Source: a virus. Taken from it: a stretch of DNA of 64,000 bases. Shown here piece by piece: positions 17,982 to 27,902 of this stretch. Each line of letters begins with the position of its first letter. Position 1 is the stretch's first letter. Location: positions 96,001 through 160,000 of the IMG/VR virus record IMGVR_UViG_3300047200_000500; one strand, given 5' to 3'. Made by a program: the position numbers and the translations under genes. The notes under the pieces were generated by a model that was given only the letters and a program-made list of their open reading frames with translations, ran no database searches and was not told the origin of the DNA.

Positions 17982-20900
17982 ATGTCCTCACTATTACTAC
18001 AAATAAATCTTGACTTACAAGCTAATAGTGCTATTAATATACTTAATACCATTGAATCATCTGTTGATAAAATAGTCGGCAAGCTTCAACAATTTAGTCA
18101 ATTTTTTAATTCCAATCCGATTAATGTAATTCAACCAAAACAAATTGGCATTGCTAATGATTTGTTAAATGCTGTTAAAGAGATTGATAAAAGTGGATCA
18201 TTTATTAATTCTAAGAATATAGAAGAAATGGCCGCTAGAAAGCAGATATTGGATAATGTAATAAAACAATCTGTTGAATTACAAAAAACTGTTGAAAATA
18301 TGAAGTTATTAAACAAGGGATTAGAAAAACAAAGAGATTTTAATAAGCAGCTTGATAAATTTTATATTGAAGCTAATAAATTTCAAATAGATTACAATGA
18401 TACATTAAAAGATATATTAAGTGGGAAAATCAATGAATTAAAATTGGCCAAATCTCAGCAAAAAGAATTTAATAATTTTGTTAAGTCACTTAGTTTGGCT
18501 GTTAAGTATGAAGGTGATTATTTAAAGAAACTTGGTATGACAGTTGATGAAGCTAGAAAATTACACGAAGCGATAACTGATGTTAATGTTGAAACAATTA
18601 AACAAATTTCTATTTGGGATCGTGTAGTAAGTGCATTTATGGGTTTTTTAAATTTATTACCAACAGCTGGAATATTAATAGCAACATTGAAAGATCCTTT
18701 ATCAGTCATTAAAGATTCACTGAGTGAAATGCATGATTTATGGAAGACTAATAATAAAGTTTCTAATAATTTTTTAATAAATGCCAGTGAAGGATCTAAG
18801 GATCTTAGTAAAACTTTGTTTAAGACAATGCAAGACATTAGTACTGCTGGTGGTGGAATGAGAAAAGATTTTGCGGAATTAGGTATTGATCTTGGCAAGA
18901 ATATTATAACCTTAGATCAAACTAAAGAAGCCGTTAATGCTGTTCTTGCTTCTAGTAGTAAGGGCATTATTGAAAATAATAAGCAACTTGGAATTTATTC
19001 ATCATTGGTTGCTCAGACTTCTAGGGCTACGGGCGTTTCGGCTTCTGCTATAGCTGATCTTACTTTGAAATATAGTATGTTATCTAAAGAAATTGGTGGC
19101 GTTAAAGACCCAAATGTTAGAATGAGACAATCAGCTGTTCTTACTGATGTTTTAGTTAATGTTACTGGAAAATATCAATTTAGTGTTGATGAGACAAGTC
19201 ATGTTGTTTCATTACTTAATAGAAATATGATGTTTTTAAATAAAAATTATAAAGTAAGTGCTGAATTAGCTAAATTAGGAATAACACCAGCTAGTTCTTA
19301 TGCTGTTACTCTGTCAGCTTTAGGTGATGCTGCCAAGAAAATGGGCCATGATTCTAAGACAGCAATGGATGCTTTTTCATCTGCAATAGAAGACCCATTA
19401 AATAACGTTCTTTTACTAGGTAGTGCAATTAATAGTACTGACCCAGGAAAACAAATGTTGGAAATGGGCAAAAATGCTGCAAAATGGTCAGCAATGATTG
19501 AAAAGAACCCGTTGTTACGTGGTCAAGCTAGACAAATGTTTGGAAAGAGTTATGAAGAGTTAAAAGCAATGGCAGATGCTAATACTAAATTAACTGAAAC
19601 TTCAAAATTGAACGCTGATGGAACTGTTGATTTAATTGCTTTAAATAAAGAAATGGCCGATTCCAGCAAAGCTGCAGAGGCTAAGACCACTGCACAAAAT
19701 AATGCTAATAATAAACTGACTGAGGCTCTTGATAAATTAAGGATAATGTTCGGTAATATAGCCAATGGTATGCAACCTTTTATTGATGCTCTTACATGGC
19801 TTGTCAGTTTGCCTTTTGCTCCATATATTATTGCAGGAGTGGGAGCACTTACTGCTTTAGGTGGCGCAGCAATTATTGCTCAGAAATCATTTTCATTCTT
19901 CAAAGATGGGATAATGTCAGTTGTTGATAATGTTAAAGGGATGGTTGGATGGCTTAAAGGGGGAAGTTCTAGTATTGGGAAATTAGGTGAATCGATGAAA
20001 ACTGCTGGTGAAAGCAGTAAATCGTTAACTGCTGCTTCAAAAGGTGGAGGTGGGCTTAAAGAATTTGCTGGTGGTATTAAAGATTTTATTAATACACTTG
20101 GCGAAATTAAAATTGGTAATGCTTTAAAGGCCGCAGCGGCTATAGCAATAATTGGTGCTGGATTAGCTATTGGTGTCTATGCGTTAAATAAAGCTTCTGA
20201 GGGGATGACTCCAGCACAAGCTGCAGGGTTGTTAGTCACAGTTGGTGGGATAACTGCTGTTACATATATCTTATCAAAAATGGGCAATATTGGACCAAAT
20301 GCTTTAATAGGAGCAGCACTTGTTGGGGGAGTTGGTCTTGCACTTGCTCTTAGTGTAGCAGCTTTAAACATTGCTTCACAGGGAATAACACTTGAACAAA
20401 TAGGGATGTTGGGAATAATGGTTGGTGGATTACTCGTTACAATGGGCATTTTAGCTCTCATGACTTCTCTTGCTGCACCAGCTTTACTTGGCGCTATAGC
20501 TGTAGGGGCAGTTGGCCTTGCTCTTGCCTTAGGTGTTGGATCATTGGGTCTGGCTTCTCAATTGTTAGATCGTAATAAGATGGAACTTCTTGGGATAATG
20601 ACTGCTGGGTTGATGGTATCAATGTTAGCATTTGCAGGAATTTCATTTATTGCCGCCCCAGCAGTAGTTGGAGCTATAGCTGTTAGTGCGGTTGGTGTGG
20701 CTCTTGCTGTTGGTATAGCTGCCTTAGGTTTAGCTTCTAAATTAATTGATCCAGATATAGGTGATAAATTTAAAAATTTAGCATCAGGAATAGCTCATTT
20801 AGCGCTGACCTCTGTAACTGGACCATTGGCATTAATTGGTGCAATAGCAATAGCTGCAGCAGCGCCATTATTGGCCCTTTCATTGGTGACCCTTGGAGCC

Positions 20901-21566
20901 GCTACCTCATTGTTCGGGGAAAGTGTTGTAAATGCTATAGTTTCGCTCTCTGCGGCAGTTGCTAGCATACCAGCTGGATCTGGCCCCGCATTAATCAGCA
21001 TGGCTGCTGGTCTTACAGCATTTGCCGCTTCTCTAGCTGGTGGTGCCATATTCTCATTCTTTAGTGGTGGGATGGTCAATAATGCTAAAGAAATGGGTAC
21101 AGCAATGCAGACATTACTTGGTCCAATAACACAGCTTGGAAGTGTTGGTGATCAAGTTGCTAAATCGTTTGTTTCAATAGCTGATGGATTAAAAGTGTTT
21201 GTAAATGCTATAAATGATAGTTCTGGTTGGTTCTCTTCGTTTGAGAGTAAAGCTGAAAAAGTTGCTGCTGCAATGCGTAAGATATCTGAACCAATGAAAG
21301 ATATGCGTGGTGTTTCAATTGGCAGTGAAGTTCCTGCTGAAGAAATTAAAAAGAGTCTTGCATTAACTATCGAGTCATCGAATAAATCAAATCAAGAGAT
21401 GGTTAATGAATTAAAGGAGATTAAGAAATTACTTTCTGACAAATCAGATGATAGTGTTGGTGATAAAATGGATCAATCGGTTGATATTCTTAAGAAAATT
21501 CTTAATGAAATGGTGTTTAGTAGTGGATTTGGCGCTACATCAGCCAATGCTGATTATAACGCTTAA
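17982..21566 (+). CDS. tail tape measure protein
   Basis: 1194 aa, helical, Ala/Gly/Leu-rich hydrophobic repeats, followed by tube/wedge/hub genes. Confidence 0.85.
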   Translation: MSSLLLQINLDLQANSAINILNTIESSVDKIVGKLQQFSQFFNSNPINVIQPKQIGIANDLLNAVKEIDKSGSFINSKNIEEMAARKQILDNVIKQSVELQKTVENMKLLNKGLEKQRDFNKQLDKFYIEANKFQIDYNDTLKDILSGKINELKLAKSQQKEFNNFVKSLSLAVKYEGDYLKKLGMTVDEARKLHEAITDVNVETIKQISIWDRVVSAFMGFLNLLPTAGILIATLKDPLSVIKDSLSEMHDLWKTNNKVSNNFLINASEGSKDLSKTLFKTMQDISTAGGGMRKDFAELGIDLGKNIITLDQTKEAVNAVLASSSKGIIENNKQLGIYSSLVAQTSRATGVSASAIADLTLKYSMLSKEIGGVKDPNVRMRQSAVLTDVLVNVTGKYQFSVDETSHVVSLLNRNMMFLNKNYKVSAELAKLGITPASSYAVTLSALGDAAKKMGHDSKTAMDAFSSAIEDPLNNVLLLGSAINSTDPGKQMLEMGKNAAKWSAMIEKNPLLRGQARQMFGKSYEELKAMADANTKLTETSKLNADGTVDLIALNKEMADSSKAAEAKTTAQNNANNKLTEALDKLRIMFGNIANGMQPFIDALTWLVSLPFAPYIIAGVGALTALGGAAIIAQKSFSFFKDGIMSVVDNVKGMVGWLKGGSSSIGKLGESMKTAGESSKSLTAASKGGGGLKEFAGGIKDFINTLGEIKIGNALKAAAAIAIIGAGLAIGVYALNKASEGMTPAQAAGLLVTVGGITAVTYILSKMGNIGPNALIGAALVGGVGLALALSVAALNIASQGITLEQIGMLGIMVGGLLVTMGILALMTSLAAPALLGAIAVGAVGLALALGVGSLGLASQLLDRNKMELLGIMTAGLMVSMLAFAGISFIAAPAVVGAIAVSAVGVALAVGIAALGLASKLIDPDIGDKFKNLASGIAHLALTSVTGPLALIGAIAIAAAAPLLALSLVTLGAATSLFGESVVNAIVSLSAAVASIPAGSGPALISMAAGLTAFAASLAGGAIFSFFSGGMVNNAKEMGTAMQTLLGPITQLGSVGDQVAKSFVSIADGLKVFVNAINDSSGWFSSFESKAEKVAAAMRKISEPMKDMRGVSIGSEVPAEEIKKSLALTIESSNKSNQEMVNELKEIKKLLSDKSDDSVGDKMDQSVDILKKILNEMVFSSGFGATSANADYNA

Positions 21567-21592
21567 TATTAGGTTAGGTAAATATAATACAT

Positions 21593-22162
21593 ATGGCATT
21601 TATTCTAGCTGATGCTGATGTGGATGCTCTCAAGCAGGTTAATATCAAGGGTAATCCGTCTGGGTTTACCCTTAATAGTGATAATCTTCAATTTCCACCA
21701 ATTATTACTAAAGATACTAAAAATGCGAATTGGCATACTACTGATGCAATGTCGTATGAACCAATAGCTTTCTTTAAATCTGCCAATCCGAGAGACTTAG
21801 GATTAGAATTTCAATGGATAATAGGTGGAAAATGGGATCCAGATAAAGTTCATAAAACTATAGATGATGTGAAAAAGTATTTTTATACTTGTTATTTAGG
21901 TAGTTCATTCCAACAATACCCGATAGTAGAAATAACAAAATTATATAATATAATAACTCAAAGAACTACTTGGAGATTAAATAGTGTCAATGTTGTTTAC
22001 AGTCCTGAATTGGTTAATGTTAATGGAAAATGGTATCCACTTAATGTAAAACTTTCTATGGACTTATTATCTATTACTAAACTTAAGGGTGATCAAGGTG
22101 GTGATACCCCAATGCAAGAACTTAATACGCTTGAAGATAGTCCAAAGCCTGGTTGGTATTAA
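21593..22162 (+). CDS. tail tube initiator / baseplate protein (contractile-tail tube fold)
   Basis: Position after the TMP; YEPIAFFKSANPRDLGLEF...LNSVNVVYS...YPLNVKLSM pattern. Confidence 0.6.
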   Translation: MAFILADADVDALKQVNIKGNPSGFTLNSDNLQFPPIITKDTKNANWHTTDAMSYEPIAFFKSANPRDLGLEFQWIIGGKWDPDKVHKTIDDVKKYFYTCYLGSSFQQYPIVEITKLYNIITQRTTWRLNSVNVVYSPELVNVNGKWYPLNVKLSMDLLSITKLKGDQGGDTPMQELNTLEDSPKPGWY

Positions 22163-22164
22163 AT

Positions 22165-22470
22165 ATGGCATTAAGTTACAGTAGATTCAGAAATACTTCA
22201 TTAGTGAAGACCCAAAATGGTGCGGAAACTTATGGGTTAATGGAGGGATTTGATGTTTTGAAGAATTTAACTGGTGATCAATATCAAAACTGGATAACTG
22301 AAAATAAGTATGAAGGAAGGCCAGATTTAATAGCTTTGTTTTTTTATAATCTTTCATATTATGATTGGGTGATCATTATGGCTAATAGGCCAAAAAACCC
22401 TTTAAACTGGCCGAAAACTGGTGATGTAATAAAGATACCCAATCTTAGTTTAATTAGGACATTATTCTAA
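22165..22470 (+). CDS. baseplate wedge protein (T4 gp53/LysM-like)
   Basis: EGRPDLIALFFYN...WVIIMAN...GDVIKIP. Confidence 0.8.
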   Translation: MALSYSRFRNTSLVKTQNGAETYGLMEGFDVLKNLTGDQYQNWITENKYEGRPDLIALFFYNLSYYDWVIIMANRPKNPLNWPKTGDVIKIPNLSLIRTLF

Positions 22471-22967
22471 TGCCTGGATTTAAAATAGGCAACCAAGGTG
22501 ATGGACCTAATGCTACTGCGGAAGTATTTCGCACACATAGATTTATATTAAATAGTTTTCTTGGCAAACCAGGTAATAAACCACCATTTGATATGTTAAA
22601 AGATGTTGATTTACCAGATCGTATAATAGAAGAAATACAAATTAAGACTCCTGGCGCTACTTATAAATTCGGAAAACAACTTGGATATACTGATTTAAAG
22701 TTAGTGTTCTATATTCCAAAAGATTTATTGTCAAAACTTGAAGAAATGTTCGATGATGTCGGAAATAATAAAACAGGAATACAAGATTTTAATACATACA
22801 TGGATGAAGTTGTGTTAACAATGCAACTTAAGGAACAAGATTTTAAATTTACATTTAAAAATGCTTGGATTGGTAATATTTCTTATGGCCAATTATCATA
22901 TGGGTCATCAGAATTAAAATTAGTAACAATAACTGTAAAATTTTCATGGTATAATACTCAGGTTTAA
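22470..22967 (+). CDS. tail tube protein (T4 gp19-like fold)
   Basis: VDLPD...YKFGKQLGYTDLKLVFY...FKNAWIGNISYGQLSYGSSELKLVTITVKF. Confidence 0.75.
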   Translation: MPGFKIGNQGDGPNATAEVFRTHRFILNSFLGKPGNKPPFDMLKDVDLPDRIIEEIQIKTPGATYKFGKQLGYTDLKLVFYIPKDLLSKLEEMFDDVGNNKTGIQDFNTYMDEVVLTMQLKEQDFKFTFKNAWIGNISYGQLSYGSSELKLVTITVKFSWYNTQV

Positions 22968-22971
22968 AATT

Positions 22972-24210
22972 ATGGAACATGCCGGAGCAGATGTTGAAGT
23001 TATAATATCGATAGAAGACGGGCCTAATCTTAGTCATTTTGTTAATAAGTTTCAATGGAAATCATTAATTAATGGTGGATATTCTGTTTATGCCTTATTC
23101 AATGATCCTCATCTTGCGGCGTTTCAAAGCATTGCTAATGAGAAATATTTAAGAGATGCTAGAAAAAAACCAACTAAGATAAAATGGAAATTGAAATGGA
23201 GAATAACTGGGAAAGAAACTGATGAACGTATAGCTTATATTACTGATCTTGACGCCATTACTCCAGAAGGCGGTCAATCGTCTGGTTTCTTTCAATTTAT
23301 TGCTATTGATCCTCCAACATGGTATTTGAATTGGGGAGATGCTGAAGGAAAAGCATATAAAGGTAAAGTATCTGATGTGATAAAAAAGATTATTCAAGAT
23401 TATGCTCCAGGAATATCAGCAGATGTTGGTGAAACTTCTGATAATAAAGAAAATTATTGGTATATGATGAGGCAAGATCCTAAATCGTTTTTGATGTCAT
23501 TAATTGATTGGTCATCATCAATAACCAATCAGAAAACTCAATGGATTGTCGCGAGTGTTGATGAAAAAATAGTTGTCAAAGAACAAGCAGAACTTCCTAG
23601 TGGAAGTTTTGGAGATTATGTTGTTAACTCAAATGCTCCAGGTGCTGGAAATGTAATTTCTTGGCAATTGTTAGAAAACAATTATTTATCAAACTTGCAA
23701 ACTGTTCTAGGGACTGCTGGGATATCGGCTGTGTCTGGCTTGTATTGTGATAAGAAGAACACTATTACAAAGAGTAAGATTAAAATTAATGATGCAAATA
23801 CCAGCAATAAACTTAATATAGATTTAAAACAAGATCAAAGCTTTACTAAACCAACTGATGAGGATCGTGGCTGGACACAAATAATGGCTGTACCAGAATG
23901 TAGTGGCGGAGAGTTGGGAATAAAATATCAAGATTATATTGATGGTAGAGCAAGAGTAATGTTTTTGAATATGCTAGAAGGATTAAATAGGATAAAGTTA
24001 AAAGTAGTTGGGAATAATAAAGTACATGATAGTAGCAATCTTGGTGGATATACTGTTAATTTAACATGGGTTGATGTAAACAGTACCCCATATGGTGGCA
24101 ATGGAAAATGGTTATGTTATGGATTCCAACATACAGTATTTGCTGGCATGTGGACTACCGACTTATATTTAAACAGGCTGGATCAAGATAGTGCTTCTCA
24201 AAAGCGCTAA
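22972..24210 (+). CDS. baseplate hub protein (gp27/gpD-like)
   Basis: GKVSDVIKKII, MRQDPKSFL, GNGKWLCYGFQHT...WTTDLYL; gene order. Confidence 0.65.
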   Translation: MEHAGADVEVIISIEDGPNLSHFVNKFQWKSLINGGYSVYALFNDPHLAAFQSIANEKYLRDARKKPTKIKWKLKWRITGKETDERIAYITDLDAITPEGGQSSGFFQFIAIDPPTWYLNWGDAEGKAYKGKVSDVIKKIIQDYAPGISADVGETSDNKENYWYMMRQDPKSFLMSLIDWSSSITNQKTQWIVASVDEKIVVKEQAELPSGSFGDYVVNSNAPGAGNVISWQLLENNYLSNLQTVLGTAGISAVSGLYCDKKNTITKSKIKINDANTSNKLNIDLKQDQSFTKPTDEDRGWTQIMAVPECSGGELGIKYQDYIDGRARVMFLNMLEGLNRIKLKVVGNNKVHDSSNLGGYTVNLTWVDVNSTPYGGNGKWLCYGFQHTVFAGMWTTDLYLNRLDQDSASQKR

Positions 24211-24276
24211 ATAAAAATTGCTAAAAGCAAATAATTTCGGGCAAAAATATTTCAGACCTACACAAGGAACAATCCC

Positions 24277-24705
24277 ATGGCCGACCAACCCGCCAACACA
24301 GCAATTTCAGTCTTCCGTACAGTCCGTACGCGGACTGATGTTAACCGTAACGCCTCCATCAAGCAGATGGCTCAGCGTCTTGGTACCAGAGTGGTAATCG
24401 CCCCTGGTGAGGAAATCGACGCCTACTACGCACTGGCCGATACAGCCGCTGCTTCCGCTGCAGCTGGCGTCCCAGGTCCCAACCCCGGTTGGAGATATGG
24501 TATGCCAGTCGTTCTTGAGACCCGCACACGCGCCACTGTGAATGATGTTTATGCAGGTGTGGCTTCTCTGGCCTTCCCTGTCAAGATCGTCGGTAACGGC
24601 AATGATCTCTTCATTGAGAAGGCCGCTGGCCATCTGACTGATGACCTGCACACTCAAGTTCGCGCTGTTGCTCCCCTGCCTCGGGGCCTCTTCCGCGCTA
24701 TCTGA
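24277..24705 (+). CDS. highly expressed virion protein (possible capsid decoration protein)
   Basis: GC-rich codons like the capsid gene, SD AAGGA, own long hairpin downstream. Confidence 0.6.
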   Translation: MADQPANTAISVFRTVRTRTDVNRNASIKQMAQRLGTRVVIAPGEEIDAYYALADTAAASAAAGVPGPNPGWRYGMPVVLETRTRATVNDVYAGVASLAFPVKIVGNGNDLFIEKAAGHLTDDLHTQVRAVAPLPRGLFRAI

Positions 24706-24722
24706 ACTTGGCTTTAGTGCCG

Positions 24723-24759
24723 AATTTGACCACCTGTGCGATCCACAGGTGGTCAAATT
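24723..24759 (+). terminator. 16-bp hairpin (terminator or mRNA stabiliser)
   Basis: AATTTGACCACCTGTG-CGATC-CACAGGTGGTCAAATT; weak U tract. Confidence 0.7.
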
Positions 24760-24796
24760 GTATCTGGGAAATAAAATATAACAAAGGAACAAACAA

Positions 24797-25306
24797 ATGA
24801 CTGCTCTCTCCACTGGTCCATTAAGCGTAAGCCAAGTCACTAATCAACATATGTTTATTCCGTTTGTGGCTGTAATGCAAGTTAATTTCCCATCTGGATA
24901 TGGTAATCGTTGGGAACGTTATGATGAGCTTGTTAAAATTGCCAATGTGGCAGAGAATGAAATAAATGCATTTATTAAAGCTAATGGATATGCAACTGAT
25001 TCTTCAAATCCTGTTAAATTTACAATCCCATATGGTGACAATGTTGCGAAAATGACCCTCAATGGAAATATTTTACGTACCCCAAGAAGTAGTATTCCTA
25101 AGAGTTCAACACTTGCTGTAACCGTTTTGAATGCTGGAAAGGGAGTAGTTGGATATGGATGTACAAATGCCGCCAATAAAATACCTGACCCTTATTTTGA
25201 TGCTTTTGCTGATCAATTAATCAGTTCGTTAGAATCAATCATTACAAATGCAACTGTTTTAAGCGTGGAAGTTGCTGGCATCAGATATGGAGAACGCGGC
25301 TTATAA
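24797..25306 (+). CDS. hypothetical virion protein
   Basis: SD AAGGA; structural-like composition. Confidence 0.65.
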   Translation: MTALSTGPLSVSQVTNQHMFIPFVAVMQVNFPSGYGNRWERYDELVKIANVAENEINAFIKANGYATDSSNPVKFTIPYGDNVAKMTLNGNILRTPRSSIPKSSTLAVTVLNAGKGVVGYGCTNAANKIPDPYFDAFADQLISSLESIITNATVLSVEVAGIRYGERGL

Positions 25307-25328
25307 TTTGAAATAGTATTTTAGTATA

Positions 25329-26279
25329 ATGATACTTTGCGAATTTCACCGCCATTTTGGTGGGTCAATTTCTATAGAAACAGTTAGTAAAATATCTGGT
25401 ATTCCTTTAAATGAAGTAAGAAGGTCAATGGTTTTTGACCCTCAGAATGATAACTTGGGTTATAAGTCATTTTTTAAGAAATTTAACATATTGGACAATA
25501 TTAGTTGGAATTATGAAAACATTTCATTGACTGTTCAGGATGTGGTATGGAAGCTAAAGCAGGAAGGCATTCAATATGCAGAAATTAAATTTTCAGTTAA
25601 TAAATATTTAAAACACATTAATACTCCACTTGAAGATTTTATATTGTGGTTTGCCAATGAATTTGAAACTTTCTCATCAAGTGTAGGGATAACTGTTGAT
25701 TTAATATTATCATTAAAACATGATATGGACAAGAATTTGCAAATAAAAATAGGTAATGTTATTAAAAATGATACAGTAGCTGAATGCATTGCTGGAATTG
25801 ACATAGTTGGAGATGAACATTATTTTAATGTTGAATTCTACAGACCAATATATGAAAACTGGCATGCCGCAAAGCGTGTGTGTATGGCTCATGTTGGTGA
25901 AATTAATAGGCCACAAAATGTTATCGATGCCATAAATATTTTAAAATTAGACAGGGTATGTCATGGCATAGCTGTAGCTGATAATAAAGAATTGGCTAAA
26001 ATGACTAGCGATAAATTGATATCATTTGATGTTTGTTTAACTAGTAATCTATGCACAGGGGTTGCTACAATAGGTAATCATCCAGTAAAAAGGATGATTG
26101 AGAATGGGTTTATTGTTAATATTGGTACGGATGATCCGGTTATTGTTGATACTAACATAAATGCAGAATACGATTTTTTAAAGAAAGAGACAGGGTTATC
26201 AAATAAAGATATTAATAAAATTAAAAATAGTGCCTACAATTTTTCTGCACAAGAAATAATTAAAAGAAAATCTTTATGA
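25329..26279 (+). CDS. add: adenosine/AMP deaminase family protein
   Basis: HRHFGGS, YAEIKFS, GIDIVGDE, AHVGE, RVCHGI, CLTSN, GTDDP: full amidohydrolase metal and catalytic set. Confidence 0.9.
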   Translation: MILCEFHRHFGGSISIETVSKISGIPLNEVRRSMVFDPQNDNLGYKSFFKKFNILDNISWNYENISLTVQDVVWKLKQEGIQYAEIKFSVNKYLKHINTPLEDFILWFANEFETFSSSVGITVDLILSLKHDMDKNLQIKIGNVIKNDTVAECIAGIDIVGDEHYFNVEFYRPIYENWHAAKRVCMAHVGEINRPQNVIDAINILKLDRVCHGIAVADNKELAKMTSDKLISFDVCLTSNLCTGVATIGNHPVKRMIENGFIVNIGTDDPVIVDTNINAEYDFLKKETGLSNKDINKIKNSAYNFSAQEIIKRKSL

Positions 26280-26473
26280 CTTCTGGTGATTTTTTAACAG
26301 AGATGGCCGAAGAACCAGAAATTAATAAAGCTGGATTAGATCCAGGTTTTGTAGCAATGTTGCAGCGTATGCACGAATATTCTCCAAAAGTACATGAGAT
26401 GGTTAGGAAATTAAGGCGTGAAATTTATGTTTCTATAATGCAAGATAAAATTAATGGTAAAATATATATTTAA
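26276..26473 (+). CDS. hypothetical protein
   Basis: Coupled overlaps on both sides. Confidence 0.5.
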   Translation: MTSGDFLTEMAEEPEINKAGLDPGFVAMLQRMHEYSPKVHEMVRKLRREIYVSIMQDKINGKIYI

Positions 26474-27900
26474 TGACAATTCATTATACAACAGAAGAGT
26501 TTATACAAAAAGCCCAAAAAATCCATGGTGATAAATATAATTATTCGTTGGTTGATTATAAAAAATACAATATCAAGATAAAAATAATTTGTCAAATTCA
26601 TGGAGTGTTTGAACAAAATCCAGCTTGTCATATTCAAGGTCAAGGATGTCCGATTTGTCATGGATGTAAAAAAAGTAATAATGAACAATTTATACAAAAA
26701 GCAAATAAAGTTCATAATAATAGGTATGATTATTCAAAAGTTAATTATGTAAGATCTAACTATAAAATTAAAATCATTTGTCCTGTTCATGGTGAATTTG
26801 AACAAATTGCTGCAAATCATTTACGTTATGGATGTCATTTGTGTTATAAATCATATAATTCTAATATAAAGGAATTTATTGATAAAATAGAAAAAATTCA
26901 CGGTGATAAATATGATTATTCAAAAGCTGATTATAAAAATTCATTTACTAAAATTAAAATTATTTGTCCTGTTCATGGTGAATTTGAACAAACACCAAAC
27001 AGACATCTATCTGGTCAGTGTGGTTGTCCTAAATGTCCGTCAGTGATTTCTTATGCCCAACAAGAACTTATTGATTTTATAAAGGAAGACAAGACTATAA
27101 ATGATCGTGAAGTTATTAAACCAAATGAATTAGATATTTTTATTCCAAGTAAAAATATTGCTATTGAATATCATGGTATTTATTGGCATAGTTATAATAA
27201 GTTGGAGTCTAATATAGAAAAATATAAACACCACAACAAAGCATCAATTTGTTTTGATAAAGGTATTCAATTAATACAAATTTTTGAAAATGAATGGCTA
27301 AATAAGAAAAACATTGTAAAGTCTATCATTAATGCTAAATTAGGAATTAATAATAAAATATTTGCGCGTAAATGTGAGATTAAAGAATTATCATCCAAGG
27401 AATTTAATGAATTTTGTAATAAAAGCCATATTCAAGGAAAATTAAATTCAGTTATAAAGTTAGGATTGATACATTATGATAGATTAGTTTGTGTCATTGG
27501 TTTTAATAGGCATTCGAGGTATGATTATGAATGTACTAGATTTTGTAATGAATTAAACGTTAATGTTGTTGGTGGCGCATCAAAGTTATTTAAATATTTT
27601 TTAAATAAATGGAAACCTAATTCTATTTTATCGTTTGCTGATAGACGATATAGTAATGGTAGATTATATAAAACATTAGGATTTGAATTAATTGGGGTTA
27701 CTGATCCAGGGTATTTTTATTTTAAAAATGGTGGTGATATGATATTGTACTCTCGTCAACAGTTTCAGAAACATAAACTTAAAAATAAATTAGATAATTT
27801 TAATTCTGATTTATCAGAGGCTCAAAATATGTTTAATAATAAATATAGAAGACTATGGGACGCAGGGCATTGGAAATTTGTATGGTCAAATATTAAATAG
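26473..27900 (+). CDS. Hef-like homing endonuclease with three DUF723-type Zn repeats
   Basis: 3x (HGDKYDYS..Y......KIICPVHGEFEQ....H..G.GCP.C); ELDIFIPSKNIAIEYHGIYWHS; GGASKLFKYF...SFADRRYSNG...WDAG. Confidence 0.8.
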   Translation: MTIHYTTEEFIQKAQKIHGDKYNYSLVDYKKYNIKIKIICQIHGVFEQNPACHIQGQGCPICHGCKKSNNEQFIQKANKVHNNRYDYSKVNYVRSNYKIKIICPVHGEFEQIAANHLRYGCHLCYKSYNSNIKEFIDKIEKIHGDKYDYSKADYKNSFTKIKIICPVHGEFEQTPNRHLSGQCGCPKCPSVISYAQQELIDFIKEDKTINDREVIKPNELDIFIPSKNIAIEYHGIYWHSYNKLESNIEKYKHHNKASICFDKGIQLIQIFENEWLNKKNIVKSIINAKLGINNKIFARKCEIKELSSKEFNEFCNKSHIQGKLNSVIKLGLIHYDRLVCVIGFNRHSRYDYECTRFCNELNVNVVGGASKLFKYFLNKWKPNSILSFADRRYSNGRLYKTLGFELIGVTDPGYFYFKNGGDMILYSRQQFQKHKLKNKLDNFNSDLSEAQNMFNNKYRRLWDAGHWKFVWSNIK

Positions 27901-27902
27901 GT

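Noticed and set aside
20100-21100. Very hydrophobic repeats suggesting a transporter
   Set aside because: Typical Ala/Gly/Leu repeats of the tape measure protein
26473-27040. Near-identical nucleotide repeats suggesting a CRISPR array or DGR template/variable repeat
   Set aside because: They are in-frame DUF723-type protein repeats; no spacers, and no reverse transcriptase in the window
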